Source: Camelus dromedarius
Lineage: Eukaryota
NCBI RefSeq assembly: GCF_036321535.1
Contig: NC_087451.1
Coordinates: forward strand, 9,734,001-9,798,000
DNA: 64,000 nt
Direction of reading: 5' to 3'
Part shown: piece by piece, positions 1 through 12,718 of the stretch
Layout: each line of letters opens with the position of its first letter
Position numbering within the stretch: the first letter of the stretch is position 1
Notes under the pieces: model-generated
Told to the model about the DNA's origin: nothing
The model's input: only the letters and a program-made list of their open reading frames with translations
Database searches by the model: none
Position numbers and translations under genes: made by a program

Positions 1-27
1 TTTACCACTGAGCTCTACCTTGCCCCC
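1..27 (-). mobile_element. Vic-1-type tRNA-derived SINE, 5' end only (cut by window edge)
   Basis: taccactgagctctaccttgccccc is the reverse complement of the SINE head seen in full at 11180 and 28516. Confidence 0.6.
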
Positions 28-174
28 AAATACAGTATTTTTAAAAGTCAAAATTAATTCAAAAATCAATGATGTACTGAATATGCTTCAATATGTTTTG
101 TATAGCACAGAGCAGTTGTCACTTGTCATTTAAAGCAGAGCTGAAAGGCTGTTAGACACACACACACATCTTAA

Positions 175-295
175 AATCCTTGCCTGTGTGACTTTGGGGA
201 AATTGCTGAACCTTTCTGAGACTCAGTTTTATCATTTGTGAATTGTCAAGGTTTAAAGGAAATAAAATAGGTAAAGTAGTAGGTTTTCAATAACC
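175..295 (+). mobile_element. MIR SINE fragment
   Basis: tgtgtgactttggggaaattgctgaacctttctgagactcagttttatcatttgt matches the MIR core. Confidence 0.55.
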
Positions 296-414
296 ATCTA
301 CCACCACCTATACTAGTACTAGGACTAGTGAGATCAAGGCACTTACCTTTTTCCTGGTGACCACGTGACCCCTGTGTAGAACTCCAGATTGCTAATGGGA
401 AGAATGAACATTAC

Positions 415-592
415 TGGGCACTTATTTTGAACTATGTCCTGGGATGGGTACTTTCATGCCTCTTGTCTGTTAAACTCCACAATAATTCTTTGAGCTCCAT
501 TGATGAGAAAACTGAAGCTCAGAGAGGTTAAGTGACTTACCCAAGGTCACAGAGCAAGCCAGTGTCTGAGTTGGGCTTTGGACCCAGGTCTC
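415..592 (-). mobile_element. MIR SINE
   Basis: gatgagaaaactgaagctcagagaggttaagtgacttacccaaggtcacag is the antisense MIR core. Confidence 0.7.
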
Positions 593-2009
593 TTTATATA
601 CAAATATATGGTCCAATGTTTGCATCCCTCTGGGTAGTGTCAGGAGGAAAAAGAGGAAAGAGCCTACTATTCCTGAATACATATCCCAAGAGCAAAGGCT
701 CCCTCGAATTCCCTGCCAGAACATCATCCAAATTAAAAATAGCAAGTTTTATTCCTGACCCGGCCCAGATCTACTGCCTTCAGAGGGGGGTTGGTTCCTC
801 TTGCCCAAGCCTCAGAACCCCCGTGAGGCCCTCTCCTGAAGGCAGGAACCCACCCTCTCCCCACTGGCCTCCCAGCTCCCTGCACCATTTGCCCCGACCC
901 ACACGACACCCAGGTAGACAGCAACACCACCCAATTCCGTTCACCCTCACCCTGGCCTGCCTTCCGGTCAGTCACCCCTTTCTGCCCAGGCTCTGCAAGC
1001 CAGTATGCACACAGAAGAAGGCTAGGGGTGGGTCAGCCGTGCAAAATGAGGGTTTTCAGAAGCGCTCATGGCTCCTGTGCTTAGAGCCTTTGGAGACCCC
1101 TCCATGGGCTCAGCGGCCACACTCTGCCCTGCTAGGTCCGGGGAGGGGAGGCCAGGCCCTGGTGGCACATTGGTTCCTGGGGAGGTGGGAGGTGGGGGGA
1201 GGGAAGACACTCCCTTCCCAGACGGTCACACCATTGTCGGCCTCCTTCCCTGGAATCTGCTTCTGTCTTCCCAGCTGTCCTTCCCCCAGCTCGGCTTCCT
1301 GAGCAGTGTCTGTCATCACTGGGAGAATCACGGCTGGCTCTCTCCACAAACTGACAAATCACTTTCTTGTCATCGCTTGGCAGAGGGAGGGAGGTGGAGG
1401 GAGGGGCAGGAATCAATAACCCCATTTTCCGGCACCCGTCCCCTCCTCGCCCCCGTCGCCACCCAGGGCCTGGAGACTTAGCCGGCTAAGTTCACACAAC
1501 ATGTCATTTGTCCAACCTGCCAGAAGATCTCAGCATTGATATGCCCTCTAGTGGATCTGCAAAAACAACAAGACGCACACACCAGCCGAGTCACACCCAC
1601 ACCAAACAAAGATCGATTAACTCTGGCTGTGTCCACAAGACCCCAGTGCCAAAGGATGCCATCCAGGGAAGCCAGCCACCTGGCCAAGCATAGGTCCCGC
1701 CCTGACCAGCAGCCTGGGTGTTCGGGGTCAGTCACTGTCATTAACAGGAAGCATTTCCGCAGGAACTGGTGACATCAGCCCAGCCCCTGCCCCACGCCCT
1801 CTCCCCCTGGAGAGACTGTAACCCTCAAGATTCCCCTCCAGCGTCTGCTTTCCTTCAATTCTTCTCCTGCACCCCCCTGCCCCAGGCCTTTTCTCAGTAG
1901 AAATGCCCCTAATTTACATTCAGTCCTCTTTCCTCCAGCTCCATGTCACCTGGTAGTGGCTTCCAGAAGTTTCTAGGTCTATAAGTAAGGTCCCTCTTAC
2001 TGTCTATCT

Positions 2010-2240
2010 CAGGGTTTCTTACTCTCGGCACTACTGATATTTCAGTCCAGATAATTCCTTGTTGCAGGCGCCATCCTGTGCACCATGGGATGTTCGGCAC
2101 ATCCCTGGCCTCTACCCATTAGATAAATGCGCATGGCACCCCTCCATTTGCAACAACCAAAAATGTCTTTAGCCATTGCCAAATGTCTCTGGAGTGGTGA
2201 GGAGGGAGAGGTAAAAATCACCTCCAGTGCAGACTCACTG
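2010..2240 (-). mobile_element. MER20 (hAT-Charlie) DNA transposon
   Basis: Starts cagggtttc, contains catccctggcctctaccca and caaccaaaaatgtc...cattgccaaatgtc, ends cactg. Confidence 0.8.
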
Positions 2241-4109
2241 GTCTATCAGCTGAACTTTTTGTGGAGCTGGGGTAGGATCTGAGGTACAGGAAGCCCTCCT
2301 CCCCACCTATGTGAACAGGGATTAGTCATTCATGCCTTGGGGGCTAGAAGGCCAGGCTGTTTAGCCTCTATAATGTCCTGTGAAAGTGCACCCTCCCCAG
2401 GCAGGGTCAGGCCCTTGGGCTGCAGCATTCCACCTGCCGGCAACATAAGGCAAGGTGTGCGGGGTGTGAGGCTGGGGATGTGAAGGGGGCAGGGCAGAAA
2501 AAGGGGTGCTAGGGAGGGGCAGGAGAAGAGGCAGGGGGCTGCTGGGACTGGGTTCCAAGCGCTATGTCAGGCACGTCTGCTCTTACATTTTATTTCATCT
2601 TTAAGGGTCCCAATAATAAAGATCTTCCTCTGCACCAGGCATGTCACTGAGCTCCTTACACAGACTGCCCCCGAGGGAGAAATGGGCATCCTTGTTTTGT
2701 AGATGAGGAGACTCAGACCTGGGGATGGTCAGTCACCGGCCCAAGGAGCCCATTCCAAGTCTCCTCTCGCCCTACGGCTCCCGTGATGTGTCACCAGAAC
2801 ATGAAATGCACCAGGGAGGTGTTCTCACAGGTGTGAAATCAAGTGAGTCCTTGGCCTAATTTCAGATTTTGCCTCAGGGCTGACCCAGCTGGGGGACTGA
2901 GCTCGAGTGGCCTAGATTAATGATTTCCCTACTACCCAGTTACTCAGTGAACGCTTTGTGGCTGTTTCTTCCACACAGAGCCCATCAGCCCCGGGAGACA
3001 GTCACACCCTGGAGGGCAGGGACTCCCTTGCTTCTCTGGTATGTTCCCAGAGCCTCCAGCTCCTGGCTCCTCCATGGAGCCTGGCAGACTGGCCTGGAGG
3101 CCCAGCCCCGTCGTCCTCCTCATCACCGGGCACTGCCTCCTCAGGGCCCACCAGGCTGCAAGGTGCGGCGGTCCTTGGCCCATAGAGAGGCCTTGGCCAG
3201 AGCATCCCCCTTCTCTGGAGCTCTGCTGCCCCCTCTGCCCAACAAAAACCAGGCCCTGCCCTCTGACCTCCCTCGGAGATGCGCGGAGGAGATAGTCACT
3301 CGGGGCCGTGCTTCTCCACTGGTCACTGACACAGGTCAGCCCTGGCAGAGCTCCTGAGAGGCCCCAACCAGCCAAGGGGCCAGGGTTGCTCTCCCAGCAG
3401 CCATTCTCCTCCAGGTGGGTTTTGGATGTTCACCTTCTTCCTTGTGGAATCGTGGCCCAAAACAGGTGGGAACCAGAAACAGCTCTGAACAGGCCCAAAA
3501 GGGAAGGCTCTCCGCCCCTCTAGCATGCCTGATCCACCTTTGAGAAACCACACAGAGGCCATAACTGATCATCCAGCGTGGCTCCAATAAAAATATATCG
3601 ATTTCCAATGAAGAGGAGACAGATGTGTCTGTGAGGTTTCTGACTTTCTAACCTCTGTCCTGGCTTCCCATCCCACTGCCTCTGCTTGGGCCAGGAATGT
3701 GAGTATCAGGGGTTGGGGGCAGAAAGGCCATGGAGAGAAGAGAGCTGGCGGGGTGGGAGAGACTTCAGGAAACGCCCAGGCAGAGGGATACAAAAGCAGC
3801 CCCAGGTTTTGGGGTTGGCAGGCCAGGGGTGACTCATTCCTGTCTCCTGTGTGGACTTTGACAGCCAGGCCATCCGTACTGATGCGCAGAGCCTGCGCCA
3901 GGCCCAGTGAAAATGCAGTAAGAGAACACAGGTCCACACCACTACTCTGCAGACAGCTGCGATGTGGCGTTTGGGCCCTTGCAGTCAGACAAAAGCCCTG
4001 GAGGCTGTGTCTTCTCATCCTTGCTCAACACCACCCCCGCCCAGAGGGGGCCCCAGCTATGGTACCTCAAGCCGCATCTCACACCCCACCCGGCTGTGAC
4101 ATTGAGGAG

Positions 4110-4310
4110 TTAGGAACATGGACACGTGAGTTGGGATTGAAGCGAGGCTCCTCCACCTAACGGGTCCACGTGGATACAGATCCCCCCGTATGACCTTGGG
4201 CATGTTATTTAACCTACCTCCATCTCTAGAGAAATCCTACCTAACACATGAGCTGTTGGGAGAACTTGGGTACGTGTAAAGCACAGGGTAGCCGGCACGG
4301 GGCTAACACA
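4110..4310 (+). mobile_element. MIR SINE (diverged)
   Basis: gtatgaccttgggcatgttatttaacct core followed by a MIR-like 3' part. Confidence 0.5.
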
Positions 4311-4842
4311 CCCCTTCTCCCAGCTCCAACCAGGCCAGATACAGGCTGAGGGGAGAGGTGTATGGGGGGCTGAGGGGCAGGGAGCCCCCAACATCACAGT
4401 GTAACATCCCAGAGGGAGAAAAATGGCAACTGCAGGAAATGAGGTATGACTTATCAGAAGTGGGTGAAGTTCACCAGTCTTTTGATGCTGTACTGGTTAG
4501 AATCACAAATCTCCCCTCAAGAGACCATATGAAGATAATGAAAAACTGAGAGATAGCAAACGCCAGCCCTCAACAGGAACTACCATCCGTAAGGCCAGAC
4601 CGTCTTGGGCCCATCCCACCCCCTGACCATTTCTTTCCTTCTCTGCCAACTTCCTGGCAAGACACAGATTTGTTTGAATAAGCCCTGAGCTCTGGGAAGT
4701 GTGGCAGTGATTCCCAGTGTCTGAAATCTGCCAGGCAAGCAAACATAGAGCTCACCTCCTCCCGGCTCCCACCTCCCACACACAGAGGCCCAACCTGGGT
4801 CTGGGGGACACAGAGAGAAAGAACTTAAGCCAGCACTGAAAT

Positions 4843-4905
<63 letters not shown>

Positions 4906-4914
4906 AACACACAC
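4843..4914. repeat. (CA)n microsatellite with three CAAA interruptions
   Basis: Directly visible. Confidence 0.95.
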
Positions 4915-6155
4915 AGCACGGAGCATTTATACTACCTGGCTTTTTGCTCCCAGCACTACTGTGGCCCCTGCCACCCGCACAGTGGGCAGAGAGTGCCCAG
5001 GAAAGGCTATTCCTGGCTGGGGGATTCTGAGAACCATTTCTGTAAGGCCTTAGCCCTTGGGAGCAGGAGGGGAGCCATTTCAAGACAAGACAACATGGTT
5101 GGGGGATTAATCAATGCTGTTTGGGCAGCATATCCCAGCCCCTACTAAGGGTGTGGCCTGTGGTGGTTTCTCACGTGAGCAGGGCATCACCCTGCCTGCC
5201 AGGAACCTCCACTCCAGTGAAACACTCCTGGAGTCCAACTTCAGCGTTCTCTGCAAAAACTCAAAAGGGGCAGGGGATGGAGGCACAGTGATCTTCAGGA
5301 CTAGGAGACCCAGCCGTCTCTCCCAGCCCTGATCTCTGTGTAGTTATGTCTCGCTCCACATAATCAGGTACACACAAGGTTACTTCTCACAGGCATCTGT
5401 TTTATTTTACTTTACTATAATTTCAGTTCATAGCTCAAGCACCCAGTGCCTCAACAACATGCGTCTAGTGTCTCTTTCTTGAGACCCCAGCCCCAACCTC
5501 CCGAGACCCGAGAACCCTGAACCCATGTGCTGACCCCAGCCTGGGGCCAGACGCTCGACTTTCTTAGAGTAATTTTATTTCCAGAGCTGGCCGCTTCTGT
5601 GGAACGTTGGAACTTGGTTAGAACCATTTTACTTTGAACTTGTGGGAGAGCATGACTATCCTTTTCCTTCTCAGAAGGTCGTGGGCTTCTCGGGATATTG
5701 ATGTCTCTTCTCCCCGCAATCAGATCTGCATAAAAGAAATGGGGGGGGGGTTGTTTTGTTTTTTAATCCCCTTGTGCCCAATCAGTGGGTTGTACCACTT
5801 ACTGATATCTATATAGGTGGTGGGAGGAGACTCCCAAGTGTCTGTCCCCCGCTGGGTGATGGGCTGCAGCAAGGGGTGTTGTAGAATGGGGGGGAGGGCG
5901 GGGAGATTTAGGACAGGCTGCATAACTTGCGATCAGCCCCACCTCTTCTTTAACAGGAGTACACCACAGGGCGACACCACATCATGATGCCCCTACGTCT
6001 GTGACCTCCCCGTCCTCACCTCAGCTAACTCTACCAACCCTGCCCTGACCACAGCCAAGTTGCACCGGACCCCTCCTTCTAAAAACAACTCAAATTCCAC
6101 CTCCCCCATTGTCCTGGAAGAAGCAGTCCGACCAGCTGCCAGCTTCCTCAGCAAT

Positions 6156-6547
6156 TGTGTCGCTTTGCTAGGGCAGCCCTGGCCAAGAACCTGGAGAGTC
6201 CAGATGCCTCAGATGACGGAACTCTACCTCCTCACAGCCCGGGAGGCTCCAAGGCCCCGAGTCTACACGCGGACACAAGACCACGGTGTCATCAGTGTTG
6301 GTGTCCTCGGAGGCCTCCCTCTTTGGCTGGTGGATGGTCATCTTCTCCCAGTGTCCTCTGTGTGCGTCTGTGTCCTAATCCCCTCTTCTTCTAAGGACAT
6401 TGGTCATCCTGGATTAGGATCCGTCCACAGGACCGCATCTTATCTTAATCACCTCTTTAGGGTCCCTAGCTACAAATACAGGACCCACATTCAAAGGTCC
6501 TGGAGGTCAGAACTTCCACCGAAGGGGACATGATTCAGTCCATAGCA
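6156..6547 (-). mobile_element. MaLR solo LTR, MLT1A0-like
   Basis: ttgctagggcagcc at one end, cagtccatagca at the other; internal tgtgtcctaatc...ttctaaggaca...ggattagg. Confidence 0.8.
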
Positions 6548-6569
6548 ACAACCTGTCCATCCCTGGCTG

Positions 6570-6658
6570 GAGCGAGAATCCAGGAGGGCAGGGACTTGTG
6601 CCTGGTACATGTCAGGGGCTCAGTGACTGTTATTTGAATGAATGAATAAATGAATGAA
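6570..6658 (+). mobile_element. L2 3' end
   Basis: gagggcagggact...gtgcctggtacat...(TGAA)n tail. Confidence 0.55.
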
Positions 6659-7099
6659 ATTGTCCCTTGGGACACCTACCACAACGCACCCTGTAGTGTG
6701 ACGCAGTCATTTCTGGACTTTAATCACCCCCACCCACCACTCTGAAGGATGCTTCCATGCCAGGCTTTTATCTTCTGCATCTTGGTACCTCACACAGCCC
6801 TAAGCTTGGGCCTCGGTCAGGTGCACTGGGACAAGCTGAGAACATGAGCTCACCTTGGCTCCTTGGCTCCTACAAGACATCTGCCTCTGAGCCACTCACT
6901 CAATCCCTGCAAACCTGGGCTTCCCTTCTGTGAAACTGGCCCAACCCCCGCCTCCCAGGGTCCTTCAGAGGTTGGGCTGAGATCATTCTGTCTTCTGTAA
7001 ACTCTGAAGTGCTTTTCCAAATGTTATCTGTCATTCTCAGGTATTTTGTAGTAGATGCTCTTTCCAGTTATTGTGGCTACATAATAAAGTATCCCAGCA

Positions 7100-7698
7100 T
7101 TAATAAAGTATTAAAGTATCATCAGTTTACAATGTTGTGTTAATCTCTGGCTTACAGCATAATGTTTCAGATATAGATAGATAGACAGACAGACAGATAT
7201 AGATATATATATTCCTTTTCATATTCTTTTTCATTATAGGCTGTTACAAGATATTGAGTATAGTTCCCTGTGCTGTACAGTAGAATCTTGTTGTTTATCT
7301 ATTTTATATATAGTAGTTAGTATCTGCAAACTCTGAACTCCCAATTTATCCCTCCACCCTCTACCCACTCCAGTAACCATAAGTTTGTTTTCTATGTCTG
7401 TGAGTCTGTTTCTATTTTGTAAATAAGTTCATTTGTGTCTTTTTTTTTTTTGATTCCACAAATAAGTGATACTACATGGCATTTTTCTTTCTCTTTCTGG
7501 CTTACTTCACTTACTGTGACGATCTCCAGGCNNNNNNNNNNNNNNNNNNNNNNNNNNNNNNNNNNNNNNNNNNNNNNNNNNNNNNNNNNNNNNNNNNNNN
7601 NNNNNNNNNNNNNNNNNNNNNNNNNNNNNNNNNNNNNNNNNNNNNNNNNNNNNNNNNNNNNNNNNNNNNNNNNNNNNNNNNNNNNNNNNNNNNNNNNN
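7100..7698 (-). mobile_element. L1 3' end (young, artiodactyl type), partly N-masked
   Basis: cagtaaccataagtttgttttctatgtctgtgagtctgtttc; minus ORF 7392-7703 reads EVSQKEKEKCHVVSLICGI as in L1 3' ends. Confidence 0.9.
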
Positions 7699-7699
7699 A

Positions 7700-8190
7700 G
7701 CACTTAATTATCTTAACACAATAACGACATTCATTTTGCTTACAAACTTGCAGTTGGTCAAAACTCAGCAGGCTCACTTCTGCTCCACTCAGTGTCCGCT
7801 GGGGCAGTTCCCAGGCTGGCGACTAAAACCGTGTGAAGGCACGCTCACTCACAGCCCTGGCAGCTGATGCTGGCTGCCCACTAAGACCTCAGTGGGGCCA
7901 TCAGCCACAACATCCCCACGTGGCCTCTCCATGTGGTCTAAGTTTCTTTGCAGCGTGGTGCCTGGACTCCAAGATGGGACATCGCAAGAGAGGGAGTCAG
8001 GGGACGCCATACTGCCTTTTATGACCCGGCCTCGCAGCACATCTTCCTCTGTATTCTGTTACTCAAGCACCTGCAAAGGCTTAGGGGAAGGGGAAGTAGA
8101 CTCTGCCTTTTGATGAGGAATTCAATGTTCTGGAAGAATACGTGGGCTTGAACATACATCTGTGGCCACTTTTGGAGAATACCTTCTGTC
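7700..8190 (-). mobile_element. MaLR LTR (MLT1E/F-like), split by the L1; its other end is at about 7045-7095
   Basis: cacgtggcctctccatgtgg, gccttttatgacccggcctc, ggccacttttgg; ttgtggctacataa on the far side of the L1. Confidence 0.6.
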
Positions 8191-9159
8191 CCAGTACCTG
8201 ATACATTTCTGAGTGAATGCCCCTTTCCTTACTGCCTTACTCAGGGCTCCCACGGCACAACCTCATGCTAAAGGGCTTTCCTCACTTGCTTGCTCAGTTG
8301 AGACATACCTGCCCCCATCTCAATCTGCCAGAGCCCTAACTTTAGCAGGAAAAGAGCAAGGATAATAGATTAATAGGTAGACCAGTTCCTGACACTGGCT
8401 TAGTTAGGAAAATCCTCTTAGGTTGTAGAAGGCTATCCCTCTGCTACAGTGAACACATCCGGAAGGCTCACCCCTGGGAAACGCAGAGAGAGGAGTGGAC
8501 TGGATTTGGAGCCGGGGGACAGGTGGCTGCATGGGTGATTAGTAAGCCTTTCACTGCTTCATCCTGGATAGCAACTGGCCTTTGCAGAGGTGAAATCATT
8601 TCTCCTCACACCATCCACTCCTCCCTGCACACTGTCCCCACCATTTGCCTCCGCCTAACATCTGGTGATGGGTAAGCCCCCATCCCCAAGGCTTAGAACG
8701 GTAACCCTCTGGTCTGAATTAGTTCGTTATGGACCTGGTATCATTAGCCCATGTTTCTTCATCCAGCCACGGCTCCAGAGACTGGTCAGAGAAACCTGGG
8801 CACTTCTGAGGAGTCCCCAGTGGCTCACTGAATGGTCAAATGTAATCCGGTTCACTGCAAGAACCATCCAAAGAACATTAACCCTCTTGCCCCAAACCAT
8901 GTTGTTTTCCACACATCCCTTCTGATTCATCTGCATTTGTTCTCTGACTCACTGGGTCTGTGTTATCCTTAATTGCATCCTGCAACGATGATGAAATACC
9001 AGCCTCTTTATTTTTTCATTCTGTTCCCCTGGTCGGGAGGCTCTGGCTCGGATCACAGGGCTCCAGGGGCAGCAGTGAGAGGGGCCCTCCCTGCCACCTC
9101 CCTCTCTCATGTACACACACAAACACACACTCCCTCACGTGCACACACTCCCTCTGGTG

Positions 9160-9420
9160 ACTTCCCGTGGCCTCAGGATAAAGCCCAAAGTCCTTCACCT
9201 GACTCACGTATGAAGGGCTTTGTGGCCCCACCTGCCTGGTGTCCCTCTGGCCACTGTCCCTCTCAGAGCAATCAGGCTGAGCGTCCTTCAGGTCCTTAAA
9301 GGGACCTTGTTCTCTCTTATGCAGCCCTGATTCCCACTGTTCCTCTACCCAGAACATCCATCCCCTTTCTCCTCAACCTGCAGCTCTCGCTTTAGAAGCC
9401 ACCTTCCTAACGAGTGAGAT
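9160..9420 (+). mobile_element. L2 fragment
   Basis: ggcctcaggataaagcccaaagtcctt...ctgttcctctacccagaaca. Confidence 0.55.
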
Positions 9421-9599
9421 TCACATTTATCCATCTTCTCACTCCCCCATCCATATGATGTAGACTGTCTAGGGTGCATGAAGAAAATCACAGTCTAACT
9501 GGCTCAGTGAGTGGATAGAAGAGGGTAAAGCCGAAGGCACTTTCCAGAGCAGCCTTCCCTGACTCCGGTAATGTTAGTCATCACCGTTTTATGGTCTTT

Positions 9600-9810
9600 T
9601 CACAGCCAGCAGCACCTCTACCCCCACCTCCTGCAAGTCCTGATGTCAAAAAGGTCTCCAGAAGTTGCCAAATGTTCCCTGGAGGAACGAGGTCACTCTC
9701 AGTTTAGAGACACACATTACGATATATAAAACAGATAAACAACAAGGACCTACTGTATAGCACAGTGTTCAATTTCTTGTCATGAGCTGTAATGGAAAAG
9801 AAACTGAAGA

Positions 9811-9843
<33 letters not shown>

Positions 9844-9940
9844 ATGTATAACTGAATCGCTTTGCTGTCCACCTGAAACTAACATTGTAAATCAACTACA
9901 CTTCAATAAAAAATAAGAATTTAAAAAAAAAGAACCACTA
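9600..9940 (-). mobile_element. MER20 fragment interrupted by an L1
   Basis: aaaaggtctccagaagttgccaaatgttccctgg before the L1; terminal agaaccact resumes after the L1 A-tail. Confidence 0.55.
9713..9930 (+). mobile_element. 5'-truncated L1 3' end with (TATG)n and A-rich tail
   Basis: gataaacaacaaggacctactgtatagcacag...aacattgtaaatcaactacacttcaataaaaaa. Confidence 0.9.
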
Positions 9941-10199
9941 GTCTAAACAAACAGACCACTTACATCAAGGAGCTCTCAAGCAAAGCCAAGTTCAAGAATA
10001 CTTATTGTTGGTGACAGTAAGATTTCTTACCCTTGGACAGGATTTTAGCACTTACAAAGCTTTTTTCCCTCTCATCATCACCGTCCTTTCCTTCACGACA
10101 TGTGCGACAGTTTCTCACGGCAGCCGAAGCTGTCAGTGCAGTGCCTCCATCAATATCCCCCAGACTCGGGACATCATTCTGACTGTGTATGGCACAAAA

Positions 10200-10410
10200 T
10201 TGGATTACCCTACCCTGCCCCGCACCTCACCCCAACTACTCTCAACTAATGACTGGCAGGGGTTTGCATATAAATACCCAACTCCACTGCCCCTTGGGCC
10301 GGATAACTCTGGGCCATGTGTTTTACACTGTTTCCCCAAATGTCCCCCATGGGATTAAATTCTAGCCACCCATAATGGTAGCCAGCTCACTACTGGTTTC
10401 CTGGCACTTA
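10200..10410 (+). mobile_element. ERVL LTR16-like fragment
   Basis: aatgactggc...ggataactctgggccatgtgttttacactgtttcccc...gggattaa. Confidence 0.5.
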
Positions 10411-11179
10411 AACTGGCACTTGGTGGACACATTATTTCTTGGACTACAAATGAATGCATCCAATCTGAGAGGCTCCAGTTAACTAGACCAACAGGCTACC
10501 TCCAGCCCAGAGAGGGGAAGGGATTTGCTCAAAGCCTCACGGCAAGTCGCCATCAGAGCTCAAAGCTGCATCCAGCTCACCTGGCTCTTTACATGACTGG
10601 GCACTGCTGCCTGACCAGCAGAGCTGGGAGACAGGCAGCCGAGGGAGGAGCTTCCAGCTCCATGGGTGAGTGAGGGCATAGAACAGACTCACTCCTCCTC
10701 AATCTTCAAGACGCAGCTCAGCAGCTCCTGCACTGGGGAGCCCTCTCTGATCCACTCCAGCAAGGTGGTCATTCCCTGCTAGTGTCCCCAACCATTGCTA
10801 CGTGGATCACTGTCATAGAAGCTGCTGTAGGACATTAAATCTCTTTGCTTATATGACTCCCCTCCTGAACTTGGAGCTCTTTGGGAGCAAGCAATGACAT
10901 TTTTGGGGGGTGTCCCCTTCTCTGCCTCTCCATTTTGTAGCATAAGTCCTGACAAGGTGCTCAATAAATGTCTGTGGAATTACTGTTATTACTAGATCCA
11001 ATTATGGGTCTAAACTGTGTAGCACAATTTCTAAGTGCTACCAGAATTCCGGGATTCTCAGTGCCTTTCCAAACTAATCTCGGCTTCTGAAATCATCCCT
11101 GTAATATTTAGTTGCAGAGAACTTTTGGAGGTGCTGCAAAAGAGAGACTGAGGATACAGAAAAATAATACATGCTGAAC

Positions 11180-11283
11180 GGGGAAGGGAGAGCTCAGTGG
11201 TAGAGTGTGTGCTTAGCATGCGTGAGGTCCTGGGTTCAATCCCCAGTACCGCCACTGACAAAAAGAAATCTTTTTTTTTAAAG
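11180..11283 (+). mobile_element. Vic-1-type tRNA-derived SINE with target-site duplication
   Basis: A box agctcagtgg, B box ggttcaatccc; TSD aatac(a/t)tgctga at 11166-11177 and 11284-11295. Confidence 0.9.
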
Positions 11284-11289
11284 AATACT

Positions 11290-11515
11290 TGCTGACATTT
11301 ATGGAGCATTTATTGCATACTAGGTGTTTATCATGCATTATCACTAACTGCTTATATCAGCCCTTTGAGGAGAAACTTATTAGCCCCAATTTACCATTGA
11401 AGGAACCAAGGCTTAGCAAGATGAATGTGTTTTGCCCAAGCTCATTCAGCAGCAAGAGAGGATGCTGGGATACAGACCAGACAGCCTGACTTTGGAGCTG
11501 GTGCTCTCAGCGCTC
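11290..11515 (-). mobile_element. MIR SINE (at whose end the Vic-1 inserted)
   Basis: acatttatggagcatttatt...gaaggaaccaaggcttag...ttgcccaagctca. Confidence 0.65.
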
Positions 11516-11604
11516 CTAAGCCATCCGAGAAATTCACAATGAGATGTGGCAAACAAAATGCCAGTGGGTGACAGTTCTCACTTTCCTATGGACGTACCAG
11601 TCTC

Positions 11605-11728
11605 AGGTCTATGAGTTTGTACAGGGTAGAGACCACATCTTTCTCACCTTTGTTTCCTCCATGCCCAGCATCGTGCGGGTGCATACAGCAGGTGCTAAAT
11701 AAACGCTGGAAGATGATGTGGATGAATC
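11605..11728 (+). mobile_element. L2 3' end
   Basis: cagggtagagaccacatc...ccatgcccagca...caggtgctaaataaa. Confidence 0.6.
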
Positions 11729-12559
11729 CCTACAGCCTCAGGTGTGAGGAGTGCATCCAGACCCAGGGAGGGCTGCGCGTGATGACATGCAGGCGGTACT
11801 GGGTCAGGGAAGGCTCTGAGTGGGTGTGTAAAGGCACGTGCCAGCAGAGAGGGTTTGGGTTCTGAGCCCCGCACTGTCCGCTGCCCTGGCTCACCACAGC
11901 CAGAATGCTTTGAGCCGTGACAAGTCAGCACTTACTTCCTCCAGGAAAACTTCCTGATTGGCCCCATATGATCTCCTAAAACTCTTTCACTTTGCAGAAG
12001 AATAGACTGTTCCTCCATCCCTCTGTGGTTCTGTGTGCAGTGCAGGGGCGCATGTACTGCCGGCTCATTCCTCTACCCCCATGTTCATCCCTTCAGCAGA
12101 AGCCTGAGTCTGGACCAACCGGAGGCCTCAGAGATGGGAAAGATGCAACAGTTAAGGTCTTTCTGTTGACACTTTAAACAGAGGTGGCAGCAAAACACTT
12201 ACTCTGTCCCTCCCTGAAGATATCTGTCAATCAGGCTTTCTAGTGACCCCAGCACCCAGTGGTTTATGTCCTGGTGTTGCCTTTCAAGAACCAGAATGGC
12301 TTTGGGGCCTGTTTAACAGAGAAGCACCTCCGAGAGCCTTCAGAAAAAGCAGACAAGTCCCCTCCCATCAGGGCAGGTGGGTTTTCCGCACCGGGCTGAC
12401 TGCGGCACGGGTGACACTCAGCACAATTCTCTAGGCAGGCTGCCTCTCTGTACTGGACCCCTTTGGGGGCTGCTGCTGGGGCTCTCTCACCCTGGGTCAC
12501 CCCCTTGGTCAGGACCCACTGCGGCTGGCACATGAGCCTTCTTGGATTGAGCAGTGTCC

Positions 12560-12718
12560 TTGTCTGTTCCCTGTTCCCCCTACACTGCCGTCATTTCACT
12601 TTACCCTCGGGTGTGAGTTCTTTAGGATCAGGCACTGATCTAATCATCTTTGTATCCCTGGCCCATAGCACAGGGCCAGCACAGCACAGCACATGCTCAG
12701 TAACTGATCAATGAATTA
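12560..12718 (+). mobile_element. L2 3' end
   Basis: tgtgagttctttaggatcaggcac...tttgtatccctggcccatagcacagggcc...tgctcagtaa. Confidence 0.6.

Noticed and set aside
532-1302. 256-aa ORF, the longest in the window
   Set aside because: Starts inside a MIR, is Pro/Ser/Gly-rich, has no recognisable domain; expected by chance in GC-rich DNA
11180-11255. tRNA-like sequence (also at 28516 and 39850)
   Set aside because: Has A and B boxes but no proper acceptor stem; A-rich tail and TSDs identify it as a SINE
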